Assembly: GCF_009914755.1 (NCBI RefSeq)
Contig: NC_060945.1
Direction: 5' to 3' (one strand)
DNA from: the human T2T-CHM13v2.0 reference genome, Homo sapiens
Length of the DNA: 64,000 bases
The translations under genes were made by a program, and so were the position numbers. A model generated the notes under the pieces. That model saw nothing but the letters and a program-made list of their open reading frames with translations. It had not been told where the DNA came from and made no database searches. Position 1 is the stretch's first letter; every line of letters begins with the position of its first letter. Shown here piece after piece: positions 54,436 through 64,000 of the stretch.

Positions 54436-57400
54436 AGCTACTCACACTGCTCAAAGCCTACATTTACATGTACCATGTCGAAGACCAGCTCAAGAACCTG
54501 GACCCATATGCCACCTTCAGCAGGGTTGACTGCAGCTGCTTGTTCTTCCTGAGCATCTTCTCCAATGGTGACCTGAGAGTTGCGGGAGGCATTGGGGCCA
54601 GGATTGAACAGAGGAAAAAGGAGCACGGAGGCCAGGTGCTGAGGACCAGGCCATCTCACCTGGAGAGTTCTGGCCCTGAGACATCCAGACCAGCATGACG
54701 TTTAGGTGCAGACAGCTGGCCCTGGGTGGCCCTGTGCTGATCACCGGCCTCGGCCCCTCAAACAGTGAGAAATGGAAGAATGGCTTGGAAATGGGCACTG
54801 TCGACAGTGTGTCACCTGAGCACATTCTCCCAGGGGCCCAAGAGGGGCCATCGTGTCTCTAGAACCAGAACTGGAAGGTGAAACTGCCAGGGGGAACAAG
54901 GAAGAGGGTCCTCAGTTGGGTGGAGGGTCTCACAGCAAGACGCCTGGCTTAATCAAGCTTGGCCATTCCTGAAGCACGTTCAGTGACTAAAAGTGCCTAC
55001 CATGAGCAGCTGGAACACACTCTCTGAGAGCTGCAAGATGCATGGAGACCTCAAGTACCTGTTTGTAATTACAGCCAAGGACCAGCAGGCAGCATTACCG
55101 CATCCACATGGGCTTTTGCTGGAAACAGTAAGTCTCTGCCAGCCCCTCCCAGGCTCCTGGGATGCCACTTGTTCTGGGTCTGTGGACAGATAACCAGGAC
55201 ACTTACTCAGTGAAGCCCATCGTTCAACCCCAGCCCCACCATACCCTGTCTCCTAAGCCATTCCTCATCCCAGAAGGAAAGGCAATGCCTTTGTCCCACA
55301 GCCCCTGCCTTGTGTCATGTCATGTGGGGGTATGGAATGAACCCGTCAGCCTAAACTCCAGTCCTTCTGCCTGAGGAATCTGTCCCCGCTGTCTGAGTCG
55401 CCCTCTAGGGAGCTGTCAGTGGGATAGAGAGCAGCCCTGGAAGAGAGGCCCACCTTCTTCTGTTTGACTTCAGGACAGCCTTTCAGGGCAAGAACCCAGA
55501 GCAGATGGAGGCCTCACAGAAGCCTGTGGCAGGGCTCTGGGCTTCGTGGGCTAAGCATCTCCCTCTCTGATGACTGCCATGGGGCCCACAACCACTCATT
55601 CAAGAGGGTCACCACCACATTGCAGGTGTGCAGCTGGACGGTTCCCCAGGCAGAGCCTGCCATGGACTGCATGCACAGAGACGATGCACACCTTGAAGTT
55701 GGACAATGAGGAGAACATTCCTGAAGAGGTGCATGCAGCCTGGCCCTGCCCTCACTGGGAACCCCCTTCCATCTGGGTACTAGACAGAATTCTGTGCACT
55801 TTTCTGGAGGCTCCATGCTGGTCTGTTCATTTGGAAGTTTGATGCTGTCCGTGAGGAAGTAACAAAAGAGATATCTCAGAGCCGGTTGTTTGTCACAGGC
55901 TGAGCGATTTTCTCCCTCCCTAATCCCTCTGCAGACACGGGGCTGGAACAAGGACCTATGGATAATGAGGGAATTTCTCTTCGAGAACCTGCCTGAGCTG
56001 CTGCTTCAAGAAAGAGCCACATTAAAGGTGCCTATAGCCCCTGATGAGGGAATGGCAGCCTCAGGCCTGCCTGCCATCTGTGAGCAGGTTTTCTTGCTAA
56101 CAGGATGAAAGCAAAGAAAGCTGGAATGAGCCCAGCCCTCTCAGGCACCTTGAAGACCGTTGGGGTTCCTTCCAGCCCTTCTAGCCTTATGCTTTTTGGC
56201 AGGCCACTCAGGCACCTTTTTCCAGCCTCTGAGACTTCCATGCTCTGGAAGAAGAGGGTCCCACTTTTCACTAGGCTATGGGGCCAGGCCCATCCAGCTC
56301 CCGGCTGCCACTAACAACCATGGGGCTCTCACCTGGGCACACACTGCCCAAACATGGCCCTTCTAAGGCAGAAGATCATGTGTCTTGCAGTTTCAGCTTG
56401 CTAGGGCTTAAAAGTTATCAGTGCTGTTATTAAGATAGGGAAGTGAGAAAGGAAAACTTGCTGTAAAAGTTTCCCATAATCTTACCACGGAGATCATCAG
56501 CACAGATGACAGCACAGGCAGGGCTGCTGGGGAGGCTGAGGGAGAGTGTCCAGCCTGTTCTGCCAGCTGGTCCTTGCCAGGGGTGTCTCGTGACCCAGTC
56601 CCTTAGAGAAGCATGCAGATATCTCAGCAAGTATCTGGAAGGTGTAGATCAGGGCAACCCAGCACTACTGATGGTGGAGTGGGGCTACCTCCCATCAAGC
56701 TGTGTCTCCACAGCTGACCCTTGTAACCCGGAGGTGTTTTACAACATGTGCAAGGCAATGAGCCCCATCAGCTGTGTGGCATTCAACACTCACTTCAACT
56801 CGTACATCTCACCAGAAAGCAGTGGGGACTGACCAGTGCAGAAGCCTGCAAAGTAGATCAGAGCATCATGGGGTGGGGGATGTGGAGCCTGCCTGCTCAT
56901 CTGAGCACTTCTCCCTGAGGGTGTGATCTGCAGGATTCCTGAAGGAGGGCTGTGAGCTCATCAGGGAGGCCCTGAGCCTGTGGAACATGCCTGAGGCCAA
57001 GCCCATGGGGATTTGTGTCTACTTGCACCTCCTTGCTCATCTCAGTACACTACAGGTGACTGTGCCGAGGTGGGCCTTGAGCATCCCCTGGGCTGTGTCA
57101 GCAAAGGGCTCTGGGTCTGGCCTGGCATTGAGGGATGGCAAATAAGGGGCCTGGGGTTGCATTGTCACCCCCTATGGTAGCATAAAATGAGAGAGTCCAG
57201 ACCTGCAGGACTGGAACCCTAACAAAGGGGTTAGGAGACTGCTCACTTTCCCTCAGGGACCCATGTGGAGGAGCTGAGGGAGGTTAAGGAGACCCTAGGG
57301 ACTCACTTGTTCTGTCTGGGCTTCCCCCTGCTCCATCGTTTGATGACCATTTTTTGGGAAGAGCTCAGGAACCTCCTGTGCTCTAGTGAGACGGGGCCTC

Positions 57401-58300
57401 CCCTCACAGGGTATTCTGAGACTGTGAGTGAGAAGCTAACACAGTGCCTTGCAATACTCACGGGAGCTGTCATCCTCTGTGACCATCACGTGGCCTTGTA
57501 GTGTTCAGACTGCCTGGCCTGCCTGGGGTTTGGTGAGGCTGTTTTGTGGTCAGCTGCTTTAGAAGCTCACTTTCTCTGCAATCAAACAGTGACTGTTTTC
57601 ATGTCTGTTTATGGGTTTAAAAAATCCTAATATTTCCTTTATAGTAGTTCACCTTGTATGTGTTTATTTGTATAAATTTTATTAGAGTAAAGAGAGCTTA
57701 AGACAATAGCATTTTAAGGTCTTAATGGGGCATAGACTTTCATGTCACAACAGCTAATGTTGACCTCCTTTTGCTGCCTTTGTGTAAATTACACATAAAA
57801 AGTGCAACCAGAGGTGACTAGAGCTGAGCTTCTTGGGCTTGCTTGCTGGCCTGCAGTCAGGTGGACTCTGGCTGTGAGGCAGTGCCCACCCTGGATCTAC
57901 ATCCCCCACTCTCTCTCCTTAGTCCCTGAGTAACCAACAAGGCCGTGCTAATGAGAGGGCGAGTGATGGGCATCGGGCACCCCAATACTATCCGGGAAGA
58001 TTTGAATGCCATCTGGGCTGGAGCTGTTGGGATTACGGGCTGTGGCTGTCTTGGCTTGTCATGGTGCCACCCACAGATGTGCCTGCCCTGTGCTGCTTCG
58101 CCAGGAGCCGGCTGCCCATGGCCCTGAGCCTGTCACACCATGCTTGCTACCTCATGCTGCTTGTGTTTGAAAAACCCATCCCGAGATGACGCTGCTGGAT
58201 GTAAGTCCTGAAAAGAGGGCATCACCTTTGTCCTGGGGGATTAGGAGCTGACCAGATTACTCTTGACTCCCTCCCAGAACAAGTGGGGCAGGTGCTGCAA
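54436..58300 (+). pseudogene. CLUH: Unprocessed, exon-depleted CLUH pseudogene (right copy)
   Basis: Exon remnants: 54436-54579; 54762-54877; 54975-55127 (gtaagt donor); ~55213-55281; 55581-55728; 55935-56027 (TRGWNKDLWIMREFLFENLPELLLQERATLK vs CLUH [31 protein letters not shown], both 31 aa); ~56714-56815 (DPCNPEVFYNMCKAMSPISCVAFNTHFN); 56934-57069 (GFLKEGCELIREAL); 57923-58001 (RVMGIGHPNTI); 58077-58200; and the start of the next exon at 58278. Confidence 0.93.
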
Positions 58301-60454
58301 TTAATGTTGCCCCCCAGAAGATGTGTTTGCACTGGCTGAGCAAATATACGATGCAGAGACCTAAATGAAGACACGTGAATGGGGTGTGTGGACATCAGTT
58401 AGTAGCTGGGAAACAGGTGCCTCTCAGGCCTCTCGTGCTCCAGCAAGTGTGGAATATGCCTGTGCCCATGAGTGTAGACATCTGGAGTGTATACATTTGG
58501 CTGCTGCTTTTGCTGCCACTATTCCCAGGCCCAACCTGGCTTAAAGTCCAGGTTTTAAGTAAAAAGTAGGAGGCTTTTTGCCACACAGCTACTTGAGAGG
58601 CTGAGGTGAAAGCATCACTGGAGCCTAAGAGATTGAGGCTGCAGTGACCCATGATTCAGCCACTGCACTGACACAGTGAGACCTGCGTGTGCCTTTCTAC
58701 AGAGAATACCTCTGGGGCATTTGGGGATCCCTACAGTCCCGGACCCTCCCTGTCCCCTGCTGCCTGTGCTTCTTCCCTTGCCTGCTGTCAGAGCCTAACA
58801 TGGAGGAGGAGGTTGCCGCCCTGTGAGCCTGAGGGAGCTGTGTCTGACTGGAACTTCTGTCTGGGGTTTTGCGAAGACCTACTTATGAATATGGTCTGTC
58901 CAGATACCTTGTTTCAAAGGAAGTGAACATGAGCTAGCAAGTGTAGCCACCCCACAGCTGATAAACAACTTTGTCTTGTTTTTAAATCATCAATCTTCAT
59001 TTCACATTGGAATAAAGTAAGTGAAACCTGCTACCCCAGCCTCTCCCGTGTGTTCTGTAGCCCAGACTCATGTGGTTGTGTGGGCTGTTGTCAGAAATGT
59101 TATTAAAAGGTTATGCATAAATTAGATCAAATATAAAATTATGCTTATAATGTCACTTGATTGGGAGGTAAGAGGGTAGAGTCACAGGAAATCTGTTGGG
59201 GTTTACACCCCTGCTACTTACCAAGCTCATAAGAGTGTGGCACTGGTGACCATCACCTGACATTGGTGACAGAAGAGAAAAGGCCGAAGTGAAGGCCAGG
59301 TAGGAGAGAGGTGCCACGCTGTGGGGCCAGGCCCTGCGCATGCTGGGCCTGTTAGGTCACTGAACATCTAACTACCCGGGAACCAGCTCTTTTCACATCA
59401 TTTGAGGTAAGACGATGGGGGAGAACTCTCCAGAAGTCACACTGCGCTGGGAGAATGGAGGAGAGTCTACATCCCGCCTTCTTAGGGTAGGTTTTAGATT
59501 GAGCTGGACTGTCTTGGAGAGCTAATGAGATGGGAGGAAGACAGTCCCCCAGGTGCACCTGACAGCCAGAGCCTATGAAGTTAGGGGGGTTGTGTGGGGG
59601 TGGCCTGTCCCTATAAGAGGAGGAGCTTAAAGCTCTTAAAGCTGGTGGCTGCTGCTCTGCCATCCCTCTACAGAGCAGGCAAGTCCTCAGCTGCACGAAT
59701 ATCTGAATGTCTTTTGGAGTGTTAGAGTCCTCTGTGTCTTAGAAATTTTGAAAAGAAAAACAAATCTCAATTTTAATGTTGATTAGTTTCTCTGAGCCAA
59801 TTGGGAAAAAAAACGTCCTTCACCTCAAAGGTTTAAGTCACACCGAAGGGTAGCCAACAGTGTCTCGGCCACTGAAGCCTCATGCACGCTCTCACTACCA
59901 GTTTGATTTGCAGCCCCATAGTTGTGTTGTACTACATATTCTTTCCTCTGGCCTTGTCCAGTGAACACGGTTCACATGGCTAACACCACTTCTTGAGATG
60001 CGAGCACCATGCAAAGCTGAGAACGGATTGGGTTTTGTGACCATTGTGCCTCCTCCTCACCTGAGAGGCCCATTTTTCCTGGTTGATTCATTAAGTGTAT
60101 TAGTGCTGTCAGTCGCCTCTGGACAATTCCAATGACAAGTGGCTGTTGATTCATAAAGAAAATGAAGGCTTTAGATGTGACACCCTCGTTTTCTCTTGTC
60201 CTTCTCTTAGGTGAAAGATTTTATTTTTTTCAAAAGGCTACATACTGGTATCCTAGCAGGTGGAATGTGAGAACGGGCATTTGTTAGGCTATGGTATCAG
60301 TGTGGATGGGCAATTCTTCAAGATGGAAAACCAAGTCTCACTGAGTTGCTGGAGCCATAGTCACCTTTCTCCACATCCCCCACCATGGGCTTTCACTTTT
60401 CTCCTGTGCTTGAATTTTTTTCACATACAAATTGTTTATACACACACAAACACG

Positions 60455-60716
60455 TCACACTCTGTCAGTGCAGGGGCTGAACCTTGGTTCACTGCAGCCT
60501 CAAACTCTTAGGCTCCAGTGATGCTTTCACCTCAGCCTCTCAAGTAGCTGAGACTACAGGCATGCAAAGCTACGCCCAGACAATTTTTAAATATTTTTCT
60601 AGAGACTGAGCCTACTTATGTTGCGCAGACACGTCTTGAACTCCTGGGATCAAGCGATCATCCCACCTTGGCCACCCAAAGTGTTTAGATTACAGGTCTG
60701 AGCTACCACTCTCAGC
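60455..60716 (-). mobile_element. AluJ (mirror of 15304-15565)
   Basis: Reverse complement of the left-arm element. Confidence 0.8.
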
Positions 60717-61574
60717 AAAAATATATTTTAAAGAACCGTTACAACCAAATTATGAGTTATGATTATACCACTGCCCTCCAGCCTGGGCACCAGAGCAAGA
60801 CCTTGTATCCAAAAACTAAGCAAAACTAAACAAGAACAAAAAAAAACCTTATAAACAAATTAAATTTTAAGATTATGTCATCTGTGTCCTTCCCTGCCCT
60901 CCAAGCTATCAATGTTAAATATAATGGTTATTGAGAAAATGGTTAGATATTATTAAGAAATTTCTATATATCTTCCAGCTGAGAATAGGTATTCTGATGT
61001 GGCCCAAATATTTTCTCACCACTACCTTCAGGGTCTCAACTAGCAAATCAGGACACCTGCAGAGGACAGTTGGCCGTTTTCAAATAGAAAGAGAAATACC
61101 CCCGTTCATGAGAGTAATCCAGTGATTTTCAAAAAGACAAGTCAGACTGACATGCAGCGCAGTCAGGCCACAATTACCCTGGAATAATCACTTCACACAG
61201 AATGGTTGAGGAGACTTTCTAAGATGAGCAAATTTGGGCAGCATAATCCTTGCTTATTTATTCCCGGCCCCCGCTGCCCGCCTGATTCCTAATGGCCACC
61301 CTACAATGTGGTCAGCAGTGGGATGCAGCGTGGTGACAGAGGGGCTCAGGGATGGGATGAAGGTCTTTCCTGCATTATCAAAATGCAGGTTAAAAAGTTG
61401 TTAAAAAGATGTCCAAATATTCTAATTCCTACTGTTAAATAGCTGCTAAGATGCATTATACAACAGACCCAGGTAAGGGAAGGAGCATGTGCATTTCAAG
61501 TCTCAGCTCACGTCTTAATTAGCTGTGATACTCTGGGCATGTGACCCCAACTATACGAGCCTGTTTGCCTGTCA

Positions 61575-63547
<1,973 letters not shown>

Positions 63548-63555
63548 TGCACTAA

Positions 63556-64000
63556 GGCTGAGGGGGAGTGGGGTAAGGGCAGGAGTCAGGCGGGGGTGGG
63601 TGCGTCCTGGAGTTTTATCCAGTCATTGACACCGATGTGGGAACCGCCCAATCAGGCGCGCAGTTGGAGAGGACAGGAGAGGAGGGCGTGCCTTCCGGCG
63701 TTTGGCGGGATCTTTGTCTCCCGCTGGTGCTGGCACAGGAACTTGGGATCCGTCTCCTCTTTCGCCTCCTCCACTTTGGGAGCCCCGGGCTACTCTCTCA
63801 CAGCCCCTGTTGCCCTGTGATCTGTAGGTCCTTGGGGACGCACAGTTAAGATGACAGGACATCCTGGAAGCTGGGAAATGGTGAGTATACGGGGTTCGGC
63901 ATCCCGAGAGGGGAGAGCAGGCTGTGAAACCGGCAGGACCGGCCTCCCCACGGTTAGCTCCGAGTCTCCCGCAGCTTGGCCCTCAGTCCCCTGTGGCTGC
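63556..64000 (+). promoter_or_regulatory. CpG-rich KRAB-ZNF-type promoter, right copy, firing rightward
   Basis: GC-box-like ggcgggggtggg at ~63589, CCAAT box ccgcccaatcaggcgcg at ~63644-63660, ETS-like cttccgg at ~63692, then ttggcgggatctttgtctc. Confidence 0.82.
63700..63880 (+). pseudogene. ZNF91-family-like exon 1 with intact ATG (right copy), probably a lncRNA first exon
   Basis: ATG ACA GGA CAT CCT GGA AGC TGG GAA ATG|GTGAGT at 63851-63886 (MTGHPGSWEM). The 5' boundary is approximate. Confidence 0.78.

Overview
Primate, very probably human, non-genic and repeat-rich DNA with no intact protein-coding gene. The dominant structure is a large, old inverted segmental duplication. The left arm 12071-35050 mirrors the right arm 40957-64000 (which runs off the window end) around a ~5.9 kb unique spacer, at roughly 90-95% identity by eye with near-identical patches. 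Each arm carries the same shared Alu/L1/LTR insertions, an unprocessed and exon-depleted CLUH pseudogene pointing outward, an Alu with a long GAA tail inside an L1PA 3' end, and a CpG-rich promoter plus exon 1 of ZNF91-subfamily KRAB-zinc-finger type firing outward. The two promoters are ~51.4 kb apart. From memory this matches the centre of the inverted repeat in the acrocentric rDNA distal junction (DJ), with its disnor187/disnor238 promoters; this is an inference that needs an alignment. Outside the visible mirror is a CTDSP2 processed pseudogene inserted in an L1 poly(A) tail. A V1R (VN1R) pseudogene fragment begins exactly at the left arm/spacer breakpoint. Repeat subfamily names and homologies were assigned by eye against remembered consensus and protein sequences, not by database search.
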